IMG/VR virus record: IMGVR_UViG_3300009514_000021
Coordinates: 3,278-67,277 of that record
DNA length: 64,000 nt
Direction: 5' to 3' (one strand)
DNA from: a virus
In this document: piece after piece, positions 27,204-37,300 of the stretch
Numbering within the stretch: the first letter of the stretch is position 1
How the letters are laid out: every line of letters begins with the position of its first letter
Notes under the pieces: model-generated
Databases searched by the model: none
What the model was told of the DNA's origin: nothing
What the model saw: the letters and a program-made list of their open reading frames with translations, nothing else
Made by a program: the position numbers and the translations under genes

Positions 27204-30200
27204 TGGCGTCTGCACCGCAATTCCTGGGCCCTGACGGGGTGCTACGCGAGACCTTTGTCTTCTCCACGACCCTCCAGAACCGCTTCTTCACCGGTGTGGC
27301 CGACCCCGCCACCGTGGACATGCAGGTGCAAATCCGTGGGGGCGGGTTCAGCTCCGACCCCGACCTCATCTTTTTCGAGGGGACCTCGTTCACCATCCCC
27401 AACCCGGCAGCGTTTCCCGACGGCCTCCAGCTGTTCCCCGGATCCAACCTCATCGAGGTCCTCTCGGTCCTGACCAACGGGGACTCGACTGCGGTCTCCA
27501 CGATCGACGCCAACCTGTCCTTGGAGCGCGACCTGGGCGCCCAAGAGGACTCACCCACCGGCATTTTCATCGAGCGTCTCGACCGGACCGTGCAGATTTC
27601 GGTGGACGACATCGAAGACGAGAACTTGCAGGGGTTCCACTTCTACGCGTCCACGGAAGCGGGTGGAGGTGTGGTCGGGTACAACCGCGTCAACCCCAGC
27701 TTGGTCATTGCCGGCGAGACCCTCGAGATCCCGTCGACCATCGGCGAACTCGAGGTCGACGCGATCGTCGCCAAGAACGCGGACGGGACCCCCCAGGCGG
27801 ACCCGCTTTTCGTTGCGGTGCAGGGCACCCAGCAGGATTTCGCAGAGGAGGTCCTCCAGACCGACTTCAACGAGCGCGTCGAGGTGCCCGAGACGGCTGA
27901 CCGAGTTCGTACGACGGTGACCGTTGAGACCATCGAGACCACCCGTCGGTTCTCCTTCATCCACAACCGCAACGCCACGTTCAACGACGCGGTCAACCCC
28001 GCCATCCCCAACGCGTCCTTCAACACCATCCTGTCTGAGGACCCGCTCTACTACGTCGCCACCGCGGTCTACCTCATCAACGGCGTGGAGGTGGAGTCCG
28101 AGCTTTCCCCTGAAGTCGCAGGGGCGCCGCTGATTGTGACAACCAACATCGGGGTGTTCCCCACCGTGGGCCGCCAACAGATCGTCCGGGACTTCACTCT
28201 GGCGATCCACCGGTCACAGCCGCAAATCCAGATCCACCCGGGTACAACGTTGCGGGACACGGTCGTGGACCCGTTCTCGTCGGAGGCGGCGCGAATCCGG
28301 TTCATTCTGGACTTCGCCCACATCGCGCAGTCGTTCACGACGCTGTTGCAGATCGACGACCCAGGGTTCACCGGCGAGTCCATCCCGGTGGCTCAGTCGA
28401 GTTTCAAGCTCGCGCTCAAAAACGCGTTCTTCCTCGAGTCCTTCGAGGCAACCCAGAACGTCATCGACAACGCTTTCGAGCGCCTTGCTTCCAACTACGG
28501 CATCACCCGCAGGGGTGGGCTGCGTGCCCGCGGCGAGGTCATCTTCTTCCTCGACTCGGCACCAGACACCTCGGTGCTCCTCGCCATCGGTCAGGAGCTG
28601 GCGGCGGGGTCGATCTCGTTCCGGACAACCTCGCCAGCCAACATCGACGCTGGCGGAGCAGGGGCTTTCTTCAACCCGGCCACCGGCCGGTACTCGACTA
28701 CCGCTTTCGTCCAGGCTTCGTCGCCGGGGTCGGACGGCAACGTCGCGCCTGGTCAGATCCAGGTGGTCGTGGGTGGCATCGCCGGCCTATCGGTCACCAA
28801 CGCATCCAGAACCTTCGGCGGTACCGACGAGGAGTCCAACCGCGACTTAGCTGTCCGAGCCATGACCGCCATCGCCTCGGTGGATTCCGGTACTGCCCAG
28901 GGCTACACCAAGACATCCACGGGTGTCCCGGCCGTTCAGCAGGTCAGCATCGTCGACGCTGGTCATGTGCTCATGGCGCGGGACTACGAGCCCCTCCTGG
29001 ACCGCCACCTGGGCGGGATGGTCGACATCTGGATCCGCGGGACTCAGGAAGCTCGCGTCACTGACAACTTCGTTTTCGCGTTCGAGATCGCTCGAGACGT
29101 CCAGTTCGAGCCTGTGGGTGCTCCCGAGGACCTGGTGTTCCGGGTCATCGACGACCGGGTAACCGATGACAGCCCCATCATCGAGATGATCGACCTGCCT
29201 GACCAAGGCCTCGGGCTGGAGAACGCGACCAAGGGATATTTCTTCGACCTCACCGACGTAGAGATCCAGCAGCCCGACGTCATCCGGCTATCGACAGCAG
29301 CCAACGACCCGGTTGACATCGCCATCACCGATGTCATCTCGGGCTCTTTCCGGTTCCGGACCACCAACCGGTACGTGTTCACCCGCCAGCCGGTGAGCAG
29401 CGTCTCTCGACTCGAGGGCGCCGTCAGCGGTGTCATCGACTCAGGCAGCTACAGCCTGTTTCACCCCAGCTCGCCGCTCATCCAGGGTCGGTCGGCCGAA
29501 GCTGGCGACTACATCCAGATCGAGCAGCCGCTCGACGATACCAGCATCCCCAGCGGAGACCCCATCGAGGTCACCGACGAGGAGCATGTCCTCCTCGACG
29601 GCATCGAGTATGTCGACAACCTGGGCGCCAATCAGCTGACCGTGCGGGTCTGGAACCTGCTCCGGACCATCGAGTACCGGGGCCCGTTCCACCCGGATGT
29701 CGGCACGGGCTCCTCGGTGCAGTTCACCATCATCGAGGGGGACGCTCACACACCTCTGGGGATCCAGGTCGTGCCGGTGGCGAGCCCCACCGACGACGAC
29801 CTCAAGGTCGGCGATAGCGTGCTCGTCGACTACTTCCACGACGAGAACTTCGTCGTCGAGTACAACACCAACGGCCTCGTCCGCGTCGTCCAAGACGAGG
29901 TCAACCGGATGCGGCACATCACGGCGGATGTTCTGGTCAAGGACGCCATCCCTGTCGCCGTCGACATCTCAGCCACGATTATCCTGCTGCCCGGATACAA
30001 CGTCTCCGATGTCGACTCCAACGTACGCACCGACCTGACCAACCTCTTCGACGCCCAGGTGCTCGGCGAGCCCATGCGGCAGTCCGACATCGTGCGGGTC
30101 ATCGAGGAGGCCCTTGGAGTCTCGTACCTGATCGTGCCGTTGACCAAGATGGTCAAATCCGACGGAGCACAGGTGGTGCGGGAGCCCATTCCGACCAACC

Positions 30201-30748
30201 AGGCGACCGACTGGGTTCTGCTTACCGAGTGGTCTACCTCCTCGGTGGACACCTACCTACTGACGACACCCCTGGAGTCTGCGACCACCGATGGGGGTGG
30301 CCCGGTCAACGAGTTCCGAGCTGTCTTCGACGAGCAGGACCAACTGGGCTTGCAGGTGCAGGCCCCGAGTTTCAACGGGACCCCGCTGCGCAACTCGGTG
30401 GGCAACGCCTTCATCATCGGCAACCAGGGCCTCAACATCCCTGGCTACAGCGACGACGACACCCTCAAGGACCCCGACACCGGGCAGCCTTTTGCCACGG
30501 ATGAGCAGATCGAGGAGGAGAGGCGGAACATCACGGCCGACCGAATCCTCATCACGGTCACCAAGGGAACGACTCCAGAGGCCGCGACCATCACGGTGAC
30601 CTACATCGTCGGCGGCGACACCGGCACCAAGAACATCGAGGTCGGGCCCATCGAGTACCTCATCCTCGGCGACCTGGAGACGGTGTACGACGAGGACGAG
30701 GACTTCGCCACCCGACTCTCGAGCCGCGCGGCAGGTAGAGCGAAGTGA
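27203..30748 (+). CDS. Baseplate J-like wedge protein (P2 gpJ / Mu gp47 / T4 gp6), extended, 1181 aa
   Basis: Motifs LASNYGITRRGGLRARGEVIFF, ASSPGSDGNVAPGQI, GGTDEESNRDLAVRA, GMVDIWI and LGEPMRQSDIVRVIEEALGVSY are characteristic of baseplate J. Confidence 0.85.
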   Translation: MASAPQFLGPDGVLRETFVFSTTLQNRFFTGVADPATVDMQVQIRGGGFSSDPDLIFFEGTSFTIPNPAAFPDGLQLFPGSNLIEVLSVLTNGDSTAVSTIDANLSLERDLGAQEDSPTGIFIERLDRTVQISVDDIEDENLQGFHFYASTEAGGGVVGYNRVNPSLVIAGETLEIPSTIGELEVDAIVAKNADGTPQADPLFVAVQGTQQDFAEEVLQTDFNERVEVPETADRVRTTVTVETIETTRRFSFIHNRNATFNDAVNPAIPNASFNTILSEDPLYYVATAVYLINGVEVESELSPEVAGAPLIVTTNIGVFPTVGRQQIVRDFTLAIHRSQPQIQIHPGTTLRDTVVDPFSSEAARIRFILDFAHIAQSFTTLLQIDDPGFTGESIPVAQSSFKLALKNAFFLESFEATQNVIDNAFERLASNYGITRRGGLRARGEVIFFLDSAPDTSVLLAIGQELAAGSISFRTTSPANIDAGGAGAFFNPATGRYSTTAFVQASSPGSDGNVAPGQIQVVVGGIAGLSVTNASRTFGGTDEESNRDLAVRAMTAIASVDSGTAQGYTKTSTGVPAVQQVSIVDAGHVLMARDYEPLLDRHLGGMVDIWIRGTQEARVTDNFVFAFEIARDVQFEPVGAPEDLVFRVIDDRVTDDSPIIEMIDLPDQGLGLENATKGYFFDLTDVEIQQPDVIRLSTAANDPVDIAITDVISGSFRFRTTNRYVFTRQPVSSVSRLEGAVSGVIDSGSYSLFHPSSPLIQGRSAEAGDYIQIEQPLDDTSIPSGDPIEVTDEEHVLLDGIEYVDNLGANQLTVRVWNLLRTIEYRGPFHPDVGTGSSVQFTIIEGDAHTPLGIQVVPVASPTDDDLKVGDSVLVDYFHDENFVVEYNTNGLVRVVQDEVNRMRHITADVLVKDAIPVAVDISATIILLPGYNVSDVDSNVRTDLTNLFDAQVLGEPMRQSDIVRVIEEALGVSYLIVPLTKMVKSDGAQVVREPIPTNQATDWVLLTEWSTSSVDTYLLTTPLESATTDGGGPVNEFRAVFDEQDQLGLQVQAPSFNGTPLRNSVGNAFIIGNQGLNIPGYSDDDTLKDPDTGQPFATDEQIEEERRNITADRILITVTKGTTPEAATITVTYIVGGDTGTKNIEVGPIEYLILGDLETVYDEDEDFATRLSSRAAGRAK

Positions 30749-32142
30749 CGGACAAGCCGGAAACCAAAGACACTTTCCCGTCTTCTCTGACGCAGAACCC
30801 GTCTCTGGTAGAGCTGCCGTCCCAGGACCGGTACCAGCAGGTGCGGTCCCAGGTCGACCAGATCCTCGAGGTGTTCCTCGAGGCCCTGCCGAGCAACTAC
30901 GTCAGCCAGGTCTCCGGCCCCAACTACATCCTCCATTTCCAGGCCATCGCCGAGCAACTGGCGGAGTTCCAGATCGGCATCCAGGAGGTGTTCTCTGACA
31001 ACATCTTCGCTTACACGCGCCCCGAGTTCCTCTTCCAGATACTCGGCCTGCTGGTGTTCCCCGACGGCGCCACCGACGGGATCCCTACCCTCGAAGGTGA
31101 CCTGACCTACCGGGATTTCCTCCGCAAGATGGTGCGGCTGCTTCTCCAGGGGGCCACCAAGGCCACCATCGAGGAGGGCATCGGGTGCCTGACCACAGCA
31201 GACATCGAGGTCATTGAGCGAGGCCTCTTGCGGCGCATCCTGGGCGACGATTCGGCCTGGGGTCCTGGGGATCAGTTCGCCTTCGAAATCAACCTGAGCC
31301 GGATCGTCGGCACAACCGAGGTGGACGGCGAAGAGGTAGATCTTTACGGCTTCCCCGCGGAGGACCCGTTCACGTTCCAGCGGAACCTCGAGCTGGTGCT
31401 CAAGGCCCTCAAGCCGGCGCATACGCTCTACGACCTCCGGTTCGTGTTCAAGGACAGCTTCGGGGGTGACGACGGCGAAGGTGGAGAGCTGTTCGAGGAC
31501 TCCGTCAGCTGGGACCTGCGGAGCTACTACTACGGCGACTTCCGCAAGTATTGCCTCGGGGCCCAGTGCATCGCCAGCGACAACGGGGAGACCTTGACGG
31601 ACCGGTCGTTGTTCTCGGACCCCACGGTGAGCTTCGCCCTCATCGAGCCGGGCGCTGAGCTGGTCGTGTTGACCGGCGAGAACTCGATCAACGCGGAAAC
31701 CGACGACAGGGGGGACATCGGCCGGTATCGGGTCGCCGAGATTCTGGTGTTCCCTGTCGGCGACGACTCGACTGCTCGAGCTTACACCACTAGCCCCACA
31801 GGTCTGACGGGCACGGCAACTGTGTCCGGCAAGATTTTCGAGGACACCGCCCAGGATTTCGGGCTCGCGGTCGAGGGAGAGATCCTCACGCTGAGCGAGG
31901 GCCCGAATGCTGGGAGCTACCGTCTTCAGGACCTCGCTGGCCTGAGCGGTGGTCCACTGGGTCATGTGTCCGGCGGCGAGCCTTATACCCGGGTGATCGC
32001 CTCCCCCAGTCTACTGCGCATCGAGCGGAGAATGCCTATCGCTACCACCGGCCAGTCGTACACCCTTACGGTAGACCGCCTCGGTATCCAGAAGCCCAAC
32101 GTGGTGACCGGCGAGGACGTCTCCCAGTTCTTCTACCTGTGA
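30745..32142 (+). CDS. Baseplate wedge partner (P2 gpI / T4 gp7-like), 465 aa
   Basis: GTGA overlap with the baseplate J gene; YRDFLRKMVRLLLQGATKATIEEGI and LKALKPAHT motifs. Confidence 0.7.
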   Translation: MTDKPETKDTFPSSLTQNPSLVELPSQDRYQQVRSQVDQILEVFLEALPSNYVSQVSGPNYILHFQAIAEQLAEFQIGIQEVFSDNIFAYTRPEFLFQILGLLVFPDGATDGIPTLEGDLTYRDFLRKMVRLLLQGATKATIEEGIGCLTTADIEVIERGLLRRILGDDSAWGPGDQFAFEINLSRIVGTTEVDGEEVDLYGFPAEDPFTFQRNLELVLKALKPAHTLYDLRFVFKDSFGGDDGEGGELFEDSVSWDLRSYYYGDFRKYCLGAQCIASDNGETLTDRSLFSDPTVSFALIEPGAELVVLTGENSINAETDDRGDIGRYRVAEILVFPVGDDSTARAYTTSPTGLTGTATVSGKIFEDTAQDFGLAVEGEILTLSEGPNAGSYRLQDLAGLSGGPLGHVSGGEPYTRVIASPSLLRIERRMPIATTGQSYTLTVDRLGIQKPNVVTGEDVSQFFYL

Positions 32143-32151
32143 GGCCTCGGG

Positions 32152-32182
32152 GTTAGTTCCTCTATACCTCTCCCCAGGTGAG
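32152..32182 (+). promoter_or_regulatory. Conserved intergenic motif copy 2
   Basis: GTTagttcctCTATacctctccccaggtGAG, followed by a small hairpin GGGTT-cggc-AACCC and GGAGG. Confidence 0.55.
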
Positions 32183-32210
32183 GGTTCGGCAACCCCGGAG
32201 GACATGAGAC

Positions 32211-34361
32211 ATGCCGGCCGTTATCAGATCTACGCTACATGAATTTCCCGCGGGGCCAGTTGTTGGTCCTGTGTTGGTAGGGGTGAGCCGTAACGATCTG
32301 CGCAAAGGCTACCAGGTCGTCGTCGACTCCGTAGATGTCCACACGACCTACAGCTGGGAGCTGGCGTTCATCCCGACGTCCACGGGCGGCGGTGTAGATC
32401 CCCTCTACGGCATCCAGTCGGCCGCCACGTTCTTGGCCCCCGAGGGGAGCACCAGCTCGTCGGCGAAGTTCGACATCGACTACGAGGGATCCTATCTTGT
32501 CCGGCTGACCGTCGATGACGGGATGCCCGGCGAAGACACGCAGTACATTCGACTGCGATACTTGTCGGTCTTCGGCGACATCTTTCTCGTGGCCGCCGGC
32601 GAGCGCAGAGACTCCAGTGGCACCATTCCCGTTGATGTCGACCCGGAAGGCTGGGCCAACGAGCAGAACGCCAACCTCCAGCGGATTCTGGGGCTCGTTC
32701 GACGCAACGCAACGTCGGGGCGCGTTCTCCATGTCGACGCCAACCGTGGTCGGGACAGCACCGCCACGCCCAACGACCCCGACAACTTGGTCGATTTCCC
32801 TGGTCACGACCTTACCGACCTGGTCTCCACCGGATTCCAGGTCGGTGCCGAGGGGTTCGGCGATTTCGCGACCATCCAGGACGCCATCGACTACGCGGCT
32901 GATGCCGTCAGCCGAGGCGAGCCTGCCCTCAGCTACGCCGACCCTTATGTGATCTACATCCAGCCAGGGTTCTACGAGGAGGATCTGACCCTCGAGTCCC
33001 ACGTCCACTTGATCGGTCTCGGCCCCGACCCGCTCATGGAGGTGCTGACCCAAGACGTCATCGTGGCTCCGGATGAGGCCGTAGGGACCGTGATCGTTCA
33101 GACCACAAACTCGGGTGGGGGGACATCACATTCCTATGCGCCAGGAGACGGCCCGGACGCCGAGGCTGTCCTCCTGATGAACCTGGTTCTCCAGAACACC
33201 GACTCGGTAGTCACTACCCCAGTCTTGAGCCACACGGGCGGGCTCCTGGTGGCCCGCAACATGGCGGTTCTTCAGAAGGGCACAGGGGCCTCCCAGGGAC
33301 CGGCCTACAGCTGCGTGACGGCGGATACCGCGTTCGAGCCCTACTTCGACGGACTCCGCTGCACCCTTCGGACTTTGGCTACCGACACGGGCACGTGGGC
33401 GGCCATCGTGGATGCGCCCAACTCACGGTTCTCCATCCGGGACGGGGTCATCCGGGGTGGTGGCAGTGCGCTCCGGATGAACGAGAGCCTCTACCACGAT
33501 GGGGGCACAATCAACACGTTCCTGAACCTCGACCGGGTCCTGGTTCTGGGCGCAGCCGGGTACGGCTATTGGGGCTACACAGGCACCTGGTTCCTCGAGA
33601 GGTGTAGGTTCTCAGGGTCGCTGGGCTCCTGGGTCATGGATGCGTTCGGTGCTGGCCCGGCGTCCTACGGCAGTTCCATTGCCGGCGGGATGTTCCAGTC
33701 CTCGTTCACGACCTCGCCGATCATCGACAGTGCGCCGGCGACAGGGACGTTCATTCTCCAGACGGACACCCTGGTCACTCCGGCCGGGGCGGTCGTTTTC
33801 TCTTTCCCGGGCGGCGCTCCGGCGATCTACACCCCGGGATCCCAGGCCTACACTCTTCGTTACGCTAGAGCGTTCGCAGATCCGGTGACCTTGGCGCCGG
33901 TGGTACCTCCGGCGCAGCAGCTGACGGTGGACACCGTCCAGGAGGCCATCGACGCGCTGATTCTTGCGGACGTCGGCGGTATCGGCCTGCTCGTGACTGT
34001 CGATGTCGACTCAGGGGCCGGCGCTGGAGTTCGGTACGTGGCCGACGCCAACGACGGCTACATCGGTGTGGACACCACGACCCCGACGCCGGGGCTGGTC
34101 ACCATCGAGCTGCCCAACACTGTGGCCGCAGGGGCGGTAGACGGTCGGCAAATCATCATCAAAGACCAGGGCGGCGGCATAGGTACACCTGGCCAGGAGA
34201 TCCTGATCGAAGTGGGGCCGCCCCCTGGGCCGCCGCAGGGTGAGATCGACAACGTGGTCCGAGGTACGGGCACCGAGTTGACGCTCTCCAACAACGACCA
34301 GTCGGTCAGCTTGGTCTGCCGCGGCGTCTCCGGTGGTATCGCTAAATGGTACCTCGTCTAG
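32211..34361 (+). CDS. Tail fibre/spike-like protein with pectin-lyase-like beta-helix and gp9/gp10/gp34-like C-terminal domain, 716 aa
   Basis: PKD-like N-terminus (YEGSYLVRLTVDDG), beta-helix cap FATIQDAIDYA...YIQPGFYEEDL, TVQEAIDAL helix, and C-terminal IGVDT...TIELP...GRQIIIKD...KWYLV. Confidence 0.6.
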   Translation: MPAVIRSTLHEFPAGPVVGPVLVGVSRNDLRKGYQVVVDSVDVHTTYSWELAFIPTSTGGGVDPLYGIQSAATFLAPEGSTSSSAKFDIDYEGSYLVRLTVDDGMPGEDTQYIRLRYLSVFGDIFLVAAGERRDSSGTIPVDVDPEGWANEQNANLQRILGLVRRNATSGRVLHVDANRGRDSTATPNDPDNLVDFPGHDLTDLVSTGFQVGAEGFGDFATIQDAIDYAADAVSRGEPALSYADPYVIYIQPGFYEEDLTLESHVHLIGLGPDPLMEVLTQDVIVAPDEAVGTVIVQTTNSGGGTSHSYAPGDGPDAEAVLLMNLVLQNTDSVVTTPVLSHTGGLLVARNMAVLQKGTGASQGPAYSCVTADTAFEPYFDGLRCTLRTLATDTGTWAAIVDAPNSRFSIRDGVIRGGGSALRMNESLYHDGGTINTFLNLDRVLVLGAAGYGYWGYTGTWFLERCRFSGSLGSWVMDAFGAGPASYGSSIAGGMFQSSFTTSPIIDSAPATGTFILQTDTLVTPAGAVVFSFPGGAPAIYTPGSQAYTLRYARAFADPVTLAPVVPPAQQLTVDTVQEAIDALILADVGGIGLLVTVDVDSGAGAGVRYVADANDGYIGVDTTTPTPGLVTIELPNTVAAGAVDGRQIIIKDQGGGIGTPGQEILIEVGPPPGPPQGEIDNVVRGTGTELTLSNNDQSVSLVCRGVSGGIAKWYLV

Positions 34362-34374
34362 ACCAGGAGTAACG

Positions 34375-37300
34375 TTGGCTGGTGGCTATGGACAGGACCA
34401 GTATGGATTGGGGCCTTACGGCTCCGTGGACATCACTGCGCCTGAACTCCTCTCGGCGATCAGCCTCGATGGTTTCCGCATCGAGATGTTCTTCTCGGAA
34501 GAGGTCGCGGACGACGCCGCACTTGTAGATACGGCTTCCTACAGCCTCTCTGATGTCGACGGGGCACCCACTACCCTGCTGTCCGTGGCTGCCGAGTCCT
34601 TCGGCCCGGATGGCGTCCTCTCGGTCATCCTGACCCACACCGGAACGACCCTGGGCGGTACCTATTCGGTAGGCGTTGTGGGCGGGATTACGGACGTCAG
34701 CGGCAATCCGATCATTCCAGCCTCGGTCAACATCTTTACCTTGGGTGACCCAACTCCGTTCACGGTAACTCCCATCTCCGGGACCGAGCTGCTCGTTGTC
34801 TTCCAGGACACCATGCTGACCCCGGGAGCTGGGAGCACTATCGACCTGCTCTCTTCGTACGGCCTCACCCAGCCGGCGCACCCGGTTGTGGCGAGCCTGA
34901 CGGGGATCACCCACCCGTACCTGGCGGACAATTCCCAGGTTCTTCTGACCATTGAGGATCAGACCAACCTCGAGTACACCCTTTCGGTCAGCCCGGCGCT
35001 GGCATTCGAGTACGACGGAAGCGTCCTTCCTGACGCGGCCACAGGATTCACCGGCGTCGAGGTCAACCCAACCGGCGGTACCTCGACCATCGTGTCTAAC
35101 AAGTTGTCGATGGACCGACCCAAAGACGACTTCTACGGGTGGGCCTTCCAAGACACCAGCGGCATCATTACCCCGCTCACCTCGACCCTTCGTTTCGATT
35201 TCTCTTTCGACGCGGCTGCCGTCTACACCCCTGCGCTGTCGACCTTCATTGAGCCCATCGTAGGAACACTCACTGTCGAGGACGGCCCTATCGGCGTCGG
35301 GGTGATGGCGCAGATCACCCTGAAACACAACGCCTCGGGTAACGACGCCATCCTGGTCGAGAGCGACGACTTCAGCGACGAGGTTGAGGTCGCCTGGTCG
35401 ACTCCGGGAACCAACGTCCTTTCAGCCATCAGGAACCGTAAAGCGGGCTTCTGGACCTTCTTGTTCAACGGTCGTCCTTTCTTGACTACGATCGAGGCCA
35501 ACATCGACGAGTTGGCCTCGATCGTAGGAGGTAACGGAGGCGCTTCTTGGGTCTTCTCTGACGAGAGCTTCGACATCGAGGGGTTCAAGGTCTGCGAGTG
35601 CAAGTTCACAGCCACGGACACCGTGTTCTCAGGCTCCTGGAACTTCCTGCACGATGAGCTGACCTTGTTCACCGGCTCCGGTGAGCTGGGGCGCAAGAGC
35701 TTCTTCACCAAGCGTGGGCCGCTGGTCAAAGGGTGGGGTGACGCGACCCCTGCGACCAACCAAGACGTGGTCGTACGTGTGGATGGCACGCCTGTTGAGG
35801 TCGAAGAGGTCAACCCGTACATCGGCAAGGTCACCCTGGCTGTAGCCCTCCCCCTCAAACCACCGGCGACTGCTTTCGCCGTCGAGGTGGACTACAAGTG
35901 GTTCCAGAACCCGATTTTCGAGGTGGGGGCACTCAACGTCGACGGGTGTGTGCTCAACCAGTGGGACCGAGACCGGGATTTCACCGAGCGAGAATTCACC
36001 CCCACATATCACCCTCGAGGTGCGCACGCGGTGTCGCGGTTCCCGATGAGCTTGGTCCTGGGACCCCTGGCGCGGCCGGAACCGCGGCTCATTGGTCACC
36101 GGTACCTGGGCTTCGAGAAGGAGTACAGCGCACTCCTCAACGATGCGACGACACTGCTCCTCAATGTCGACCCCCACCGATCAGCGTTACCGACATTTGA
36201 GCGCTCCCTCAAAGGCGTATCGGAAGCCTATGAGGGCCTCCAGGCTCCTCCGAGCGCGACGCCTTCCTGGACCCTGGTAGGCACAGACACAGGCACCACC
36301 AACGTCGGAGAGGGCGAAGGAGGTCTAGGCACCTACACCCTCATCGACGCCCAGAGCGGCGCCTACGACCCCGACAATCCTACGACGGCGTACTACTACC
36401 GAGACGCCGATCTGACTTTCCCATCCTCACTGTTCGCGGTGGCCAGGTTGTCGATCGACGCCTCTGCGGTCGTGGCCGACGGGGTGTTCACCGGCGTCAG
36501 CTTCGGTGTCCACAACAACCTGCACCTGTACCTGGTGGGTGCCCTGCTCATCAACGACGTCCACCACGTCGGGCTCCTTCTGGACGCCACCAGGCCTCAC
36601 GAGCAGGCCTCTTGGTCTATCGGCCCGACGACCATGGCGACGGCTGAGAGCCAGACGACGCTGACGGTAGATACGGTCGACATCCCGCCCACCCTCTCTC
36701 CTGGGGATCGCTTCCAGGTCCTGACCGGCAACCAGGCGGGCGCCTACACCATCTCGGCGATCTCGGCGCCGATCACCGAGACCCGAGCGACCTTGACCAT
36801 CGAGGATCCAGGGTTTGTTGCCGACGTGAACCTCTACGGCAACAAGTACCCCGACATCACGTTCGAGATGCGGTGGGACGACCTGGTGACCTACCGACTC
36901 GAGGTCGACCCGGATACCCAGACGGGGCAGCTCACAGTCAGCGGCGCCAACACAGGTACGGTAGTGACCCTGGACGGCACCACCGGGATGCCCCAGCCGG
37001 CCCAGACGTCACTGCTCTTGACGTTTTCCGAGAAGGGACAGGTGTTCTGGGGCTCCTTGAGTCGGGAGGCGACCAACGCGTCCACCTGGTCGTTCTTCCG
37101 TTACGGGGTCGTGCCCGACCAAGCCACCGAGACAGCCTCGGCGATCAGGGTCGAGTCCGAGATGTCGGTCTTGCCTCAGCTGGACCCCGGCAACGAGTGG
37201 TTCACGACCCAGACGTTCGGGACGTCGTTCATCGACACCACCGGCGACGTCATGGTCCTCAAGTCGGACTCAGCCAGCGAGACCCTCAAGTTCCTGTTCG

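Noticed and set aside
2148-32142. Type VI secretion system
   Set aside because: No recognisable TssJLM, TssK, ClpV or TssBC; hub and spike are separate genes and the flanking small genes are phage-like.
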